Below are positions 37,980 to 48,567 of a stretch of 64,000 nucleotides of DNA, in pieces. The DNA comes from Candidatus Limnocylindrales bacterium (GTDB lineage: Bacteria; Chloroflexota; Limnocylindria; Limnocylindrales; CSP1-4). A model generated the notes under the pieces. The model did not search any database and was not told the DNA's origin. It saw only the letters and a program-made list of their open reading frames with translations. Within the stretch, counting starts at the first letter, position 1, and every line of letters begins with the position of its first letter. The DNA is taken from assembly GCA_036508755.1 (NCBI GenBank), contig DATCGV010000007.1, positions 24,153-88,152 of the forward strand, written 5' to 3'. The position numbers were made by a program, and so were the translations under genes.

Positions 37980-40043
37980 TCAGCCGCGTTGGGCGCGGGC
38001 GCCGTCGGGGTAGAGGCGGACTCGCCGGTACGGCTCGCGCCCGCGCGATTGCGATACGAGGTTGGCCTGCTCTGCCATCTGGTGTTGGAGCCGCCGGATA
38101 TACGCGTTCTGGGGTGACAGCTCCACCGGTTGGGCCTGCCGGTGGACCAGGCCGATCGCCTCCTCCACCTCGCGCAGCGCGGCGTCGCGCGGATCCGCCT
38201 CGAGCGCAAAGATCGAGGTCAAGGCTGATTCGACCTGGACCAGGGTGTTCGACTTGAGCACGAACATCGGCAGGCCGCGCTCCTCAGCCTCGCGCAGCGC
38301 GGGAGGCTTCTGCTTGTAGTAGTTGCGCAGCGTGATCACGACGTCGGCCTCGTCCGGCTCGCGCACCAGCGTCACCGGCAGCTGCAGCTCGCGCACCGCC
38401 TGCTCGAGGCGCTTGTTGGAGACGCCAAAGCCAAGGACGTTCAGCTTGGGCAGTGACGACTCGCCTGGCGCAGGCAGCGGAGTGAGGCGGCGCTCGCCGG
38501 AGAGCTCCTCGTCGGTGGCCTCGTCGTCCAACTCGAGCAGGCTGAGCGGCTCTTCGTCGGCCGCCTCGTCGTCGTCGCCAAAGGTCTCCTCGACGCGCAG
38601 CTGATTGATCGCCCGCGTCGCCTGGTCGCGCCACTCGCGCTGGCGCTGGAACTCGCGCACATCGCGCGCCCGTGGCTCGGGCGGCAGCGAGCCGCGCTCG
38701 AGCGGACCTCGGTCAGCTAGCGGGCCCGCTTGGAACGCCTCCGGCGGTCGTCGATCATCCTCCCATGGCGCGGGCGTGCCGCTGGAGCTGGCCGTGCGTG
38801 TTGATCGGCCGTGTCTCCAGCCACCACTCGCGCCCGGGCGGTAGCCGGGCCGATAGCCCCGTTCGGGCTGCTGCAGCCCGAACTCGTTGTTGAACGATCC
38901 CTGGGCCGCGCGGCCGCCCGGGCGCCAGCCGGGCTCCGTGCGCCAGCCGGCGCCGCTGGAGCCAACGAGGCCGCCGAAGCGCTCGCCGGGCATCTGCGAC
39001 TGCGGCGCCGGCCGCGGCCGAGCCTGCGAGCGCTGGACCGTGCCTACTTCGTCGCGCCAACGCAGCTCAGGCGCGATGGGATCGCCGCGCAGCATCGCGT
39101 CGACAGTCTCGGCGACATCGGGATGGACGCTGACCCGGTCGCGTGACTGGATCTCGACGACGACATCGAAGGTCGGCGGCGCCTTGCGCTCGAGGACGCT
39201 CTTCTGCGTCCTGCGCCGGCGCGCCTCCTCGTCACCCAGCGTGACGCTCTGGATGCCGCCGATCAGGTCGCTCAGCGTCGGATTGAGCATCAGGTTGTCG
39301 AGGTTGTTGCCGTGCGCCGTGCCGATCAACTGCACGCCGCGCTCAGCAATGGTTCGCGCCGCGCCCGCCTCGAGCTCCGTGCCGATCTCGTCGATGACGA
39401 TGACCTGGGGCATGTGATTCTCGACCGCCTCGATCATGACCGAGTGCTGCTGGGCGGGCGTGCGAACCTGCATGCGCCGCGCGCGGCCGATGCCCGGATG
39501 CGGAATATCACCGTCGCCTGCGATCTCGTTGCTCGTGTCGACCACGACGACGCGCTTGTCGAGCTCGTCGGCCAGGACGCGTGCCGCCTCGCGCAGCATG
39601 GTCGTCTTGCCGATGCCCGGCCGGCCCATGATCAGTACGCTCTTCCCAGACTCGACGAGGTCCTTGATGATCTCGATCGTGCCGAACACGGCACGCCCGA
39701 TGCGAGCGGTCAGGCCGACGATCTTGCCGCTGCGGTTGCGTATCGCGCTGATGCGATGCAGCGTGCGCTCGATGCCCGCGCGGTTGTCCTCGCCGAACGA
39801 GCCGATGTGGTCGATGACGTACTGGATGTCCTCGTCGGTCACCTCGCGTTCTCGCAGGAGCTGCTCACCGCCGGCGCCGAAACGCGCCTCCGGCGGCCGT
39901 CCAAGGTCCATCACGACCTCGATCACGTCGCGCTCCACGGGTATCTGTCGGATCGCGGCGCAGATCTCGGGTGGCAGCGCGACGAGCAGCGCCTCCAGGT
40001 CGCTGGGGGCGTCGGCATCGTGTTCGATGATCGGGTTCCTCAT
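37980..40043 (-). CDS. AAA-type ATPase (SpoIIIAA/Ycf45-like) with C-terminal R3H nucleic-acid-binding domain
   Basis: Walker [10 protein letters not shown], Walker [10 protein letters not shown] and [15 protein letters not shown]. Long low-complexity linker. C-terminal R3H-like [38 protein letters not shown]. Confidence 0.8.
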   Translation of the reverse strand: MRNPIIEHDADAPSDLEALLVALPPEICAAIRQIPVERDVIEVVMDLGRPPEARFGAGGEQLLREREVTDEDIQYVIDHIGSFGEDNRAGIERTLHRISAIRNRSGKIVGLTARIGRAVFGTIEIIKDLVESGKSVLIMGRPGIGKTTMLREAARVLADELDKRVVVVDTSNEIAGDGDIPHPGIGRARRMQVRTPAQQHSVMIEAVENHMPQVIVIDEIGTELEAGAARTIAERGVQLIGTAHGNNLDNLMLNPTLSDLIGGIQSVTLGDEEARRRRTQKSVLERKAPPTFDVVVEIQSRDRVSVHPDVAETVDAMLRGDPIAPELRWRDEVGTVQRSQARPRPAPQSQMPGERFGGLVGSSGAGWRTEPGWRPGGRAAQGSFNNEFGLQQPERGYRPGYRPGASGGWRHGRSTRTASSSGTPAPWEDDRRPPEAFQAGPLADRGPLERGSLPPEPRARDVREFQRQREWRDQATRAINQLRVEETFGDDDEAADEEPLSLLELDDEATDEELSGERRLTPLPAPGESSLPKLNVLGFGVSNKRLEQAVRELQLPVTLVREPDEADVVITLRNYYKQKPPALREAEERGLPMFVLKSNTLVQVESALTSIFALEADPRDAALREVEEAIGLVHRQAQPVELSPQNAYIRRLQHQMAEQANLVSQSRGREPYRRVRLYPDGARAQRG

Positions 40044-40065
40044 ATTGCCTTCGTTCTGGATGCGG

Positions 40066-41178
40066 TCAGCGCAGGACGGCGGGGACGAGCGCCGGCTTGG
40101 TCACACGCTCCACGGCCTCCTTCATCAGCAGCGATACGTGGGCGACGTCCGCGAAGCCATGCTCCTCCAAACGCCGATCAAGCGGTGACTCGTAGGTTCG
40201 CACCGCGCTCAGCACTCCGCGTTCTCCCGAGCCTCGCTCGGCGCGCTGCCAGCGGCCGGCCAAGTCGCTCCAGCGCGAGCGCGTCCGCTCGACGAGCGCG
40301 CTGAGGCAGAACGTGATCAGGTCGCTCGGATCATGGTCGGTACGCGAGATGACGCGAATGTAGTGCGGTTGTTCTGTCTTCGATGTCCCGATCTGGCAGA
40401 ACGCGAGCGCCTCACCATCCAACCTGCCACTCGTCGCCTGCTGGATGAAGGCTTCCACGTCGGCGAAGCGCAGGATGGGCGTCAGCGCCGAGCGTGGCAC
40501 GCGCCAGTGGTTGCCCTGTCGCTCCCAGTCGGGCTGGCGGTAGTCCTCGAGCCGTGCCACGGGTCCGGGCGTCGCGCTGCGGTACAGGCGATCAAGGGTC
40601 AACGCGTCGAGCGGCACCGCCGGGCGGATGCCGTGCTCGTGCGCCTCGGCGGCCGTCATCGGGGCGTCGGGCGCCTGGTCGGGCGATCGGAAGAGGATCG
40701 TTTCCTCTCCGTAACGGGCAAAGCCGGCTTGCATGAACAGCTCGACGTTACCCCCTTCGTCGGAACAGGCGACATGGAAACGCATGCCGCCGCGCTTGCT
40801 TGCGTCTCTCAGCACGCGCTGGACCAGGCGGAAGCGGATGTCGCCCGAGAGTCCTTCGTCCATCGCGTCGAGCTCGACGAATGTCCACTCGTCGCGGATG
40901 TTGTCGTGATCGACGTGGGCGAGGCCCTGAACACGGCCGTCTTCCTCGTAGACGTAGAGGAGGTCAGCGGGCAGCAGTGCCGACAACGGCAAGCGAAAAA
41001 GGGTGAAGACGCTAACGTGGCTCGAACCAACGGGCAGGCCAAGCGTCCGCATTCGGCCATCGCCTGTTGGCGCGAGGTGCGATTGACGCGACAGCTCGCC
41101 GAGCGCGGCGAGATCGGTCAACCGAGCCGCGCGAACGCGTCCGCTGCGCTGCGTCGACGGTCGGGGCGAGGTGATCAC
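40066..41178 (-). CDS. GNAT-family N-acetyltransferase-like protein, two-domain
   Basis: [16 protein letters not shown]..., [47 protein letters not shown]. Start taken at GTG 41178; the ORF is open to TTG 41235, inside the left direct repeat. Confidence 0.7.
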   Translation of the reverse strand: MITSPRPSTQRSGRVRAARLTDLAALGELSRQSHLAPTGDGRMRTLGLPVGSSHVSVFTLFRLPLSALLPADLLYVYEEDGRVQGLAHVDHDNIRDEWTFVELDAMDEGLSGDIRFRLVQRVLRDASKRGGMRFHVACSDEGGNVELFMQAGFARYGEETILFRSPDQAPDAPMTAAEAHEHGIRPAVPLDALTLDRLYRSATPGPVARLEDYRQPDWERQGNHWRVPRSALTPILRFADVEAFIQQATSGRLDGEALAFCQIGTSKTEQPHYIRVISRTDHDPSDLITFCLSALVERTRSRWSDLAGRWQRAERGSGERGVLSAVRTYESPLDRRLEEHGFADVAHVSLLMKEAVERVTKPALVPAVLR

Positions 41179-41198
41179 TCGGGACTGACCCCGGCATT

Positions 41199-41233
41199 CG
41201 CATCGGCCGCGCGGCGCCGAACCGGGTGCGGCC
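41199..41233. repeat. left copy of 35-bp direct repeat
   Basis: CGCATCGGCCGCGCGGCGCCGAACCGGGTGCGGCC is identical to 42604-42638 except at position 41210 (C versus G). Confidence 0.95.
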
Positions 41234-42603
41234 AAGAGGCGAGCACCGCGCGGTTGGGTAACGCAGCGACGCGCGTCGTGTCCCGACGCTCTCGTTCGGC
41301 GTCCGAGTTCCTCGCCGTGAGGCAGAACTCGAGGCAGGCGAACTTCCCGGACGACCTCAACGTGCCGTTCTTCACGACGGCCAGCACCCTAGGCACCGTC
41401 GAGTGGATCGGCTCGGACGCTTCCGGCACGAGGACGTCGTGACCCAACGTCGGACGGCCCGTCTCCCAAACCGGAGTCTGGACCTGCTCCAGGGGTGGGT
41501 AGGCATGGTCTCGGGGCGGATGAGCTCAAGCCGGCCGGCTGCGCCCTGTTAGCTGGCCTTCGCGTACCTTCATCTCGACTGGCCAACCCGGGTGGGATGC
41601 CGCAGGATCGATCCACGCGTATATTCTGGCCTCCGCTGTGAAGTTACTGCGACGATTGATTCGAACAGCGTTTCGCCGCTTGGGATACCACGTCTCGCAA
41701 CGGCCCCAGCTCCTCGACGATTTCGATAGCCATCTAGCTGGACTACTCCCACGACTCGGCGTCAACTGCGTACTCGACGTCGGTGCACATTGGGGGGAGT
41801 ACGCCACGAGCTTGCGCCGTCTTGGGTTCGATGGGCGGACCGTCTCCTTTGAGCCTGTCGCTCAGAGCTACGAGCGCTTGGCGGTTGTTGCGCGGAGCGA
41901 CGACCACTGGCTCGTACGCAACGTCGCCCTTGGGAGCCTCAACGAGCGAAGGATGATCAACGTTCCCGAAGGGACGGTCTTTGCGTCCTTTTTCGAACCC
42001 AACAAGTTTGGGCTCGAGCGCTTTCCGAAAAGCAGTGTCGGCCATATGGAGGAAGTCGAGGTCCGGACGTTGGACAGCATGGTTGACTCCTGCCTCGAAG
42101 GCCTGAGCCAGCCCAAGGTGTACCTGAAACTCGATACACAAGGCTGGGATCTCGAAGTTCTCAACGGCTCACGCACCGCGCTCCAGTATGTTGTCGGGCT
42201 CCAGAGCGAGCTCTCGGTCAAGCCGATTTACGTCGGAATGCCGAGTTACCTCCAGGTCCTAGACGCTATCCAGGGACTAGGCTTCGGACTCACAGGCATC
42301 TACCCGATATCGAGGGACCGGAATTCCCAGATCATCGAGTTCGATGCCGTCTTCATAAGGGTTGGCTAACACCTCCTGCGTAAGTGGCCAATGTCCCCAC
42401 ACAACGGGAGCTCTCGGCCGTCCCCGTCGACTAGAACTGGACCCGACGACCGCATTCGCCTGCCTAAGAGGACACACGGCTGCACCGGACATGGATTATC
42501 CGTGTGGCCCAAACTGGATCGGTCGGCCGCGCCTTACGCACGCGCCCGGACCATTGGGTGAATGGCCGCGACGTGGTCGTCATTCGTGGCTCGCCTGAGC
42601 GCC
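41234..42603. mobile_element. putative inserted DNA segment (cargo: FkbM methyltransferase) bounded by 35-bp direct repeats
   Basis: Bracketed by the repeats and transcribed opposite to all neighbours. Its 404-bp and 234-bp flanks have no convincing gene. GC is lower by hand count. No recombinase gene is present. Confidence 0.5.
41638..42369 (+). CDS. FkbM-family methyltransferase
   Basis: GTG start. VLDVGAHWGEYATSLRRLGFDGRTVSFEPV, KLDTQGWDLEVLNG and ...IIEFDAVFIR are typical of the FkbM family. Confidence 0.8.
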   Translation: MKLLRRLIRTAFRRLGYHVSQRPQLLDDFDSHLAGLLPRLGVNCVLDVGAHWGEYATSLRRLGFDGRTVSFEPVAQSYERLAVVARSDDHWLVRNVALGSLNERRMINVPEGTVFASFFEPNKFGLERFPKSSVGHMEEVEVRTLDSMVDSCLEGLSQPKVYLKLDTQGWDLEVLNGSRTALQYVVGLQSELSVKPIYVGMPSYLQVLDAIQGLGFGLTGIYPISRDRNSQIIEFDAVFIRVG

Positions 42604-43272
42604 CGCATCGGCCGGGCGGCGCCGAACCGGGTGCGGCCGGCGCCCACTGCCCTCGCCCGGCTCGGCGAACTCGGCGGCCATCGTCGCCACGAGGCGGTGG
42701 AAGCGCGTCTCGCCGGCCAGCTCGGGGTGAAACGCGGTAGCGATCACGCCACCCTTGCGCACGGCCACGACACGGCCGTCGTCGAGCTTCGCGAGGATGT
42801 CCACGTCCGGCCCGACACGCTCCACGATCGGCGCGCGGATGAACACTGCGTGCACGGGCCTGTCGCCCAGGACGGGCACATTGACCTCCGACTCGAAGCT
42901 CTCCAGCTGGCGGCCAAATGCGTTTCGCTTGACGCTGATGTCGAGCAGCGGCAGGACGGGCGCGTCGCCGTCGGTGATCTCACTCGAGAGCAGGATCATG
43001 CCAGCGCAAGTGCCGAAAATCGGGGCGCCCTTGCGCGCAAGATCAAGGATCGGCTGGCGCAGGTCCCAGGTGTCGATCAGCTTGCGCATGGCGGTGCTCT
43101 CGCCGCCCGGGATGATCAGGCCGCTGATGCCGTCCATGTCGCTGGGCAGCCTGATGGGAACGGCGTCGACGCCGAGCTGGCGCAGGATGGCGAGATGCTC
43201 AGCGAACGCGCCCTGGACGGCGAGAACGCCGATCCTGACGCGGCCGTGCGGCTGATCGTGGGTCCCTGTCAT
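42580..43272 (-). CDS. pdxT: pyridoxal 5'-phosphate synthase glutaminase subunit PdxT
   Basis: From ATG 43272: RIGVLAVQGAFAEH, LIIPGGESTAM, GTCAGMILL (nucleophile Cys) and FHPEL. About 35 aa of C-terminal tail runs through the right repeat. Confidence 0.88.
   Translation of the reverse strand: MTGTHDQPHGRVRIGVLAVQGAFAEHLAILRQLGVDAVPIRLPSDMDGISGLIIPGGESTAMRKLIDTWDLRQPILDLARKGAPIFGTCAGMILLSSEITDGDAPVLPLLDISVKRNAFGRQLESFESEVNVPVLGDRPVHAVFIRAPIVERVGPDVDILAKLDDGRVVAVRKGGVIATAFHPELAGETRFHRLVATMAAEFAEPGEGSGRRPHPVRRRPADAGAQASHE
42604..42638. repeat. right copy of 35-bp direct repeat
   Basis: CGCATCGGCCGGGCGGCGCCGAACCGGGTGCGGCC lies inside the 3' tail of pdxT. Confidence 0.95.
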
Positions 43273-43306
43273 GCCCGGACTCTGAGCCGGAAAAGCCGGC
43301 GTCTGC

Positions 43307-44194
43307 CTACCAGCCGCGGACGGCGAGGCGCTCGCTCTCCGGCATCGTCCGGACCTCGAGGCCGGGCATCGGCGCGCCCAGTCCCTTCGACACCTCGGCA
43401 ATGATCTGGGGATTGTCGAAGTGGGTCGTCGCCTGGACGATCGCGCGCGCCGTCCGCGCCGGATCCTCCGACTTGAAGATGCCGGAGCCGACGAAGACGC
43501 CCTCCGCGCCCAGCTGCATGGCGAGTGCCGCGTCGGAGGGCGTGGCGATGCCGCCGGCGACGAAGTTGACCACCGGCAGCTTGCCGTTCTGGGCGACGTC
43601 CTTGACCAGCTCGTAGGGCGCCTGGAGGTCCTTGGCCGCGACGAAGAGCTCGTCCTCGCGCATGCCCTGCAGCTCGCGAATGCCCGACCACAGCGCGCGG
43701 ATGTGGCGCACGGCCTCGACGATGTTGCCCGTGCCCGCCTCGCCCTTGGTCCGGATCATTGCCGCGCCCTCGTTGATGCGCCGGAGCGCCTCACCAAGGT
43801 CGCGGCAACCGCACACGAACGGGACCTTGAACAGGTGCTTGTCGATGTGGTTGAGCTCGTCGGCCGGAGTAAGGACCTCCGACTCGTCGATGTAGTCGAC
43901 ACCCAGCGCCTCGAGCACCTGCGCTTCGACGAAGTGGCCGATGCGCGCCTTGGCCATGACCGGGATCGTGACCGCATCCATTATCTGGGTGATCAGCAGC
44001 GGATCGCTCATGCGCGCCACGCCGCCCATCGCACGGATGTCACTAGGGACGCGCTCGAGCGCCATCACGGCGACGGCGCCGGCATCCTCGGCGATCTTGG
44101 CATGCTCGGCCGTGACGACGTCCATGATCACGCCGCCCTTGAGCATCTGGGCGAGGCCCTTCTTGGTCGTCCAGGTCGACTTTTCTTCGGTCAC
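43307..44194 (-). CDS. pdxS: pyridoxal 5'-phosphate synthase lyase subunit PdxS
   Basis: [27 protein letters not shown] and GGVARMSDP. Highly conserved PdxS sequence. Confidence 0.95.
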   Translation of the reverse strand: MTEEKSTWTTKKGLAQMLKGGVIMDVVTAEHAKIAEDAGAVAVMALERVPSDIRAMGGVARMSDPLLITQIMDAVTIPVMAKARIGHFVEAQVLEALGVDYIDESEVLTPADELNHIDKHLFKVPFVCGCRDLGEALRRINEGAAMIRTKGEAGTGNIVEAVRHIRALWSGIRELQGMREDELFVAAKDLQAPYELVKDVAQNGKLPVVNFVAGGIATPSDAALAMQLGAEGVFVGSGIFKSEDPARTARAIVQATTHFDNPQIIAEVSKGLGAPMPGLEVRTMPESERLAVRGW

Positions 44195-44550
44195 GCTCGG
44201 TCTCTGGAACCTCTCGGTGGTGCGCGGACGGGCGGTGGGTCGCGCCGCTTCGATGATTATCTCACCGCGACTCGTTCGGGCCGGTTATGCGCCAAACGCA
44301 CGAACCGTCCGCCGAGCTGCCTCCGGCCGCCGAGTTTCGCCCTGTCGCAGAAGCGTGCTCTGGCCGCCGTGATCCGTGGAGCGGATCGCTCCGCGCCAAT
44401 TCCCGCAGCAACACCGCACTCAGATCGTCGTTACGGATGCGTCTGACGCTGGGAATCGGCCGGTATCGAGCCTCCGCACGCATCAGGCCGATCATCGCCG
44501 TCGCGTGCCATGCCTGCGCTCCTGACCAACCTCCGTATGATCCGCCCACG

Positions 44551-46176
44551 ATGGCAGTGCTGATGACGCACGTTGATCCGCGCAGCGAAGAGGCGCGGAG
44601 CAACGCGCGAACGATGCGCGCGCTGGTCGCGGACCTGCGTGACAAGACGGCCGCGGTCAGCGCGCGCGGCGCAGCCGGCGACGAGCGCAGCATCGCGCGG
44701 CACCGCGAGCGGGGAAAGATGCCCGTTCGCGAGCGCATCGAGCAGCTGATCGATCCAGGCTCAGCATTTCTCGAGCTGTCCCCGCTCGCGGCGATCGGCA
44801 TGTACGACGACGACGCACCCGGGGCCGGCATGGTCACCGGCATCGGCAGGGTCGAGGGCACGGACGTGGTCATCGTCGCCAACGACGCGACGGTGAAGGG
44901 CGGCACGTACTACCCGATGACCGTGAAGAAGCATCTCCGCGCCCAGGAGATCGCGCTCCAGAACCGGCTGCCGTGCATCTACCTCGTCGATTCCGGCGGC
45001 GCCTTCCTGCCGCTTCAGGACGAGGTCTTCCCCGACCGAGAGCACTTTGGCCGGATCTTCTACAACCAGGCCCGGATGTCGGCGCAGGGCATCCCGCAGA
45101 TCGCGCTGGTGATGGGCTCCTCGACTGCCGGCGGCGCGTACGTGCCTGCCATGAGCGACGAGACGGTCATCGTCCGTGGCACGGGCACCATCTTTCTGGG
45201 CGGCCCGCCGCTGGTCAAGGCCGCGACCGGTGAGGACGTCAGCGCCGAAGATCTGGGCGGCGCGTCCGTTCACGCGCGCATCTCTGGCGTCGCCGACCAC
45301 GAGGCGCTGGATGACGAACACGCGCTGGCAATCGGGCGCCAGATCGTCGCCAGCCTTGCGTGGAAGAAGCCCGACCAACCGTGGGACCGACTGCCCGCGC
45401 CGCCGCCCGCCGTCGCCACGCCCGATCCCGACTCAGGCGCCGACGACCCGTTCGGGATCTACGGCGCGGTCAGCCCCGATCTGCGCCGCGGCTACGACGT
45501 CCACGAGGTGATCTCGCGGATCGTCGATGGCTCCGAGTTCCACGAGTTCAAGCAGGGCTATGGCGAGACGCTCGTGTGCGGCTTCGCGCATCTCGACGGC
45601 TACCCGGTCGGCATCCTCGCCAACAACGGCGTCCTCTTCTCGCAATCGGCGCTAAAGGGCGCGCACTTCATCGAGCTCGCCTGCCAGCGCAGGATCCCGC
45701 TCGTCTTCCTGCAGAACATCACGGGTTTCATGGTCGGTCGCGAGTACGAATCGGGCGGCATCGCCAAGGACGGCGCAAAGCTCGTCACCGCCGTGGCATG
45801 CGCCGAGGTGCCCAAGTTCACCGTCATCATCGGGGGCTCATTCGGCGCCGGTAACTACGGCATGGCCGGCCGGGCGTACGGCAGCCGCGGGCTGTGGATG
45901 TGGCCCAACGCGCGCATCAGCGTCATGGGCGGCGAGCAGGCCGCGATGGTCCTGTCGATCGTGGGCACGTTCAAGGACGAGACGGAGCGCGACATCTACC
46001 GCGATGAGATCCGGGCCAAGTACGAGCGCGAAGGCAATCCCTACCACTCGACGGCGCGCCTGTGGGACGACGGCGTGATCGATCCTGCCCAGACGCGCGA
46101 TGTGCTCGCGCTTGCCATCGCCGCGTCACTCAACGCGCCCATCCAGGAGACGAGGTTCGGCGTCTTCCGGATGTAG
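44551..46176 (+). CDS. acyl-CoA carboxylase carboxyltransferase (beta) subunit, methylcrotonyl-CoA carboxylase-like
   Basis: From ATG 44551 ([18 protein letters not shown]...). [30 protein letters not shown] and [16 protein letters not shown]. Lies in the same cluster as HMG-CoA lyase and an enoyl-CoA hydratase. Confidence 0.85.
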   Translation: MAVLMTHVDPRSEEARSNARTMRALVADLRDKTAAVSARGAAGDERSIARHRERGKMPVRERIEQLIDPGSAFLELSPLAAIGMYDDDAPGAGMVTGIGRVEGTDVVIVANDATVKGGTYYPMTVKKHLRAQEIALQNRLPCIYLVDSGGAFLPLQDEVFPDREHFGRIFYNQARMSAQGIPQIALVMGSSTAGGAYVPAMSDETVIVRGTGTIFLGGPPLVKAATGEDVSAEDLGGASVHARISGVADHEALDDEHALAIGRQIVASLAWKKPDQPWDRLPAPPPAVATPDPDSGADDPFGIYGAVSPDLRRGYDVHEVISRIVDGSEFHEFKQGYGETLVCGFAHLDGYPVGILANNGVLFSQSALKGAHFIELACQRRIPLVFLQNITGFMVGREYESGGIAKDGAKLVTAVACAEVPKFTVIIGGSFGAGNYGMAGRAYGSRGLWMWPNARISVMGGEQAAMVLSIVGTFKDETERDIYRDEIRAKYEREGNPYHSTARLWDDGVIDPAQTRDVLALAIAASLNAPIQETRFGVFRM

Positions 46177-46192
46177 GCCAGCCCCGGTCGGG

Positions 46193-46678
46193 TCAGGGTG
46201 CTGCCGCGAAGTCACCCTCGACGGCGGCGACCTCGGTCGGATTGAGCGTGGAGCGGCCAAGGTCAAGCAGCAGCCGTTCGACCGTGCGGCCTTGGTCGAC
46301 CCGGTAAGTGCGTGTTCCGGTCCCGAGAGGTGCGACGGTTCCTCGATAGGCAACGAGTGTCTCGTCGGCTTGCCCCGGTGATCTGCGGACGATCGTGAAG
46401 CCGTGATATCCAAGCCCACCTTGCGGGGGCGTTCCAGTCGTGACCGGGAGTGCCTCGATCGTGTTCAAGACTTGCGCCACCTGCGCGTCCGTGAGGTCCC
46501 ACGACGGGTCGGGTCGGCCGGAGTAGATGCCAAGGCTCGTCGTGATGCTCGTGTTCGGTGCCGCGGACGCGGTGCCGGTCGCCACAGGGCTAACGTCCGC
46601 TGAGTTGCCGCAACCCAGGGTGGCTACAACCACCAGCAACGCGAAGGCTTCGGCCATCGTCGACGTCCTTCGGTCCAT
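46193..46678 (-). CDS. putative lipoprotein
   Basis: Signal peptide with lipobox VVATLGC (the start may be the second ATG at 46657). 161 aa. No other motif. Confidence 0.6.
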   Translation of the reverse strand: MDRRTSTMAEAFALLVVVATLGCGNSADVSPVATGTASAAPNTSITTSLGIYSGRPDPSWDLTDAQVAQVLNTIEALPVTTGTPPQGGLGYHGFTIVRRSPGQADETLVAYRGTVAPLGTGTRTYRVDQGRTVERLLLDLGRSTLNPTEVAAVEGDFAAAP

Positions 46679-46848
46679 ATGACGACGCTAGGCGGCGCCT
46701 TCCGGCGGCACAAGGGCCGTTTGCCTGCAGCTACCCAGACACCACGAGAGGTACGGCTGGCTAACGCAGGTGGATGCCGAAGGCCCTCTGCTCCCTAGTT
46801 AGTGATCGTGACCACGAAGTCGACTGGACTCAGGCGACAATGTGCCGG

Positions 46849-47280
46849 ATGCAGTACCAGCGTTTCGGTGACCGGACCGAGATCCGATTTGAGAGTGGCG
46901 ACGAGTTCATCGCCTCATTGACGGCGTTCGCGGAGGCGGAGTCGGTTTCCTTCGCCGTCTTCAGCGGCCTGGGCGGGGTCCGCCGCGCACGTATCGCCTA
47001 CTTCAACAGCGAGACCCGCGAGTACGAGACCCACGTGCTCGACGAGCAGTTCGAGGTCGTCAGCCTGATCGGCAACATCGCCCTGCGCGACGGCAAGCCG
47101 TTCATTCACGCGCATGCCGGCCTTGGCAGGAGGGATCTGTCGGTGGTCGGCGGGCACGTCATGGAGCTCGTGGCACGGCCGACGATCGAGCTCTGGCTGC
47201 GGCGCGAGGCGGCCGCAGTAAGCCGCGTGCCGGACGAGGAGAGCGGCCTGGCCCTGCTCGACCTGCCCGACCGCCTTTAG
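46849..47280 (+). CDS. PPC (DUF296) domain protein
   Basis: EIRFESGDEFIASLTAFAEAE, FEVVSLIGNIALRDGKPFIHAHAGL and VVGGHVME fit the PPC/DUF296 pattern. Confidence 0.7.
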   Translation: MQYQRFGDRTEIRFESGDEFIASLTAFAEAESVSFAVFSGLGGVRRARIAYFNSETREYETHVLDEQFEVVSLIGNIALRDGKPFIHAHAGLGRRDLSVVGGHVMELVARPTIELWLRREAAAVSRVPDEESGLALLDLPDRL

Positions 47281-47289
47281 CATCGCGGG

Positions 47290-48567
47290 GTGGATTCGCC
47301 GGCAACAGCCATTGCGACCGGGCGCGTGCTCCAGGTCTCCGTGTCCGCGGGCGGCGTGCCCAAGCTGCCCGTCGAGCGCTCATGGGTCGGACCGTTCGGC
47401 CTCGAGGGCGATGGGCACAGCGAGCCCACCGTGCATGGCGGTCCGCATCGCGCGGTCTGCCTGTTCGGGATCGAGGTCATCGAACGCCTTCAATCAGAAG
47501 GACACCCGATCGAGCCGGGTGGCGCTGGCGAGAACCTCACGACGTCGGGCATCGAGTGGTCGCTCCTGCCTGTCGGCGCGCGGGCGCGCGTCGGCGACAC
47601 CGTCGAACTCGAGATCTCGTCCTCGACGACGCCGTGCGTGACGCAGAGGGGCAACTTCAGCGACGGCAACTTCAACCGGATCCTGATCGACAGGCATCCA
47701 ACCGATTCGCGCATGTACGCGCGCGTTGTGCGCGAGGGCTACGTCGCTCCGGGCGACGCGATCGTCGTGCTTCCGGCTGCGCCCGACTCGCGGGCGGAGG
47801 ACGAGCTCCTGCTCAAGCGCCTGGATCGCGTTCAGGGCAAATCCATGCTCGCCGCGTGGATGGCGACTCGCGAGTCGGGCTACCAGATCGAGATATTCGA
47901 AGACGGCGAGATCTCGATGGCCTCGTCACGCCAACTTCCCGGACCTGCGTTCAATTCGGCCGACGGGCTGGCCAGACTCCCGAACATGCTGGAGATGGCG
48001 ACGCGCTTCTTCGATCGCCACGGCACACGCGGCTGGATCACCGCGGTCGAACCGCCATGGCCGGGTGCCGTTGATGACTACACGCTCGACGTGTTTGCGG
48101 CGGCGCCTGCTGAGGTCGCAGATGGTCCACTGCCCGCCGCTGTCGCCGTTCGCATCCTGGGCAGCGACGAGGGAGCGTTGTACAACCAGGTGAAGTCGGG
48201 CGAGGACACATCGTCAGGAGTAGATGCCGGAAGCTCCAATCCGTGGCCGGCCATCTACACAAGCCTCGCGCGGACTCATCGCCGGAAGCTGTTCCTCGTC
48301 GAGATCGATGGCCAACCATTGGCGCACGCGTCCCTCGCGATCAGCGCCAAGACGGGCTGGCTGCGGAGTGCAATGGTCGCCCCGGAAGCACGTGGCCGCG
48401 GCCTACAGCGAGTGCTGATCTCGGAGCGCGCACGGGCGGCGGCTCGGGCCGGGTGCGATCTGGTCGGCGCGGCCGCTGAGCCCGGATCGATCTCGGCCGA
48501 CAATCTCCAACATGCGGGCCTGCGCCGAGTTGGCACGCGGCGCCACTACATCTGCGACCCCAGGTGA
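47290..48567 (+). CDS. MOSC domain - GNAT acetyltransferase fusion protein
   Basis: GTG start. The N-terminal MOSC pattern is VHGGPHRAVCLFGIEVIERL..., GENLTTSGI and ELEISSSTTPCVT. The C-terminal GNAT motif A is MVAPEARGRGLQRVLISERARAAARAG. Confidence 0.7.
   Translation: MDSPATAIATGRVLQVSVSAGGVPKLPVERSWVGPFGLEGDGHSEPTVHGGPHRAVCLFGIEVIERLQSEGHPIEPGGAGENLTTSGIEWSLLPVGARARVGDTVELEISSSTTPCVTQRGNFSDGNFNRILIDRHPTDSRMYARVVREGYVAPGDAIVVLPAAPDSRAEDELLLKRLDRVQGKSMLAAWMATRESGYQIEIFEDGEISMASSRQLPGPAFNSADGLARLPNMLEMATRFFDRHGTRGWITAVEPPWPGAVDDYTLDVFAAAPAEVADGPLPAAVAVRILGSDEGALYNQVKSGEDTSSGVDAGSSNPWPAIYTSLARTHRRKLFLVEIDGQPLAHASLAISAKTGWLRSAMVAPEARGRGLQRVLISERARAAARAGCDLVGAAAEPGSISADNLQHAGLRRVGTRRHYICDPR

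Noticed and set aside
41234-41250. Possible terminal inverted repeats of the FkbM insertion (AGGCGAGC near the left end, and its reverse complement near the right end at about 42589-42596)
   Set aside because: Only 8 contiguous matching bases, at unequal distances (3 versus 7 nt) from the repeat boundaries. This is expected by chance in GC-rich DNA.
44195-44550. 356-bp divergent region between pdxS and the carboxyltransferase gene, examined for a small gene, riboswitch or tRNA
   Set aside because: Only Arg-rich junk ORFs and a short CGTTCG...CGAACG inverted repeat. No recognisable RNA motif. Most simply a divergent promoter region.
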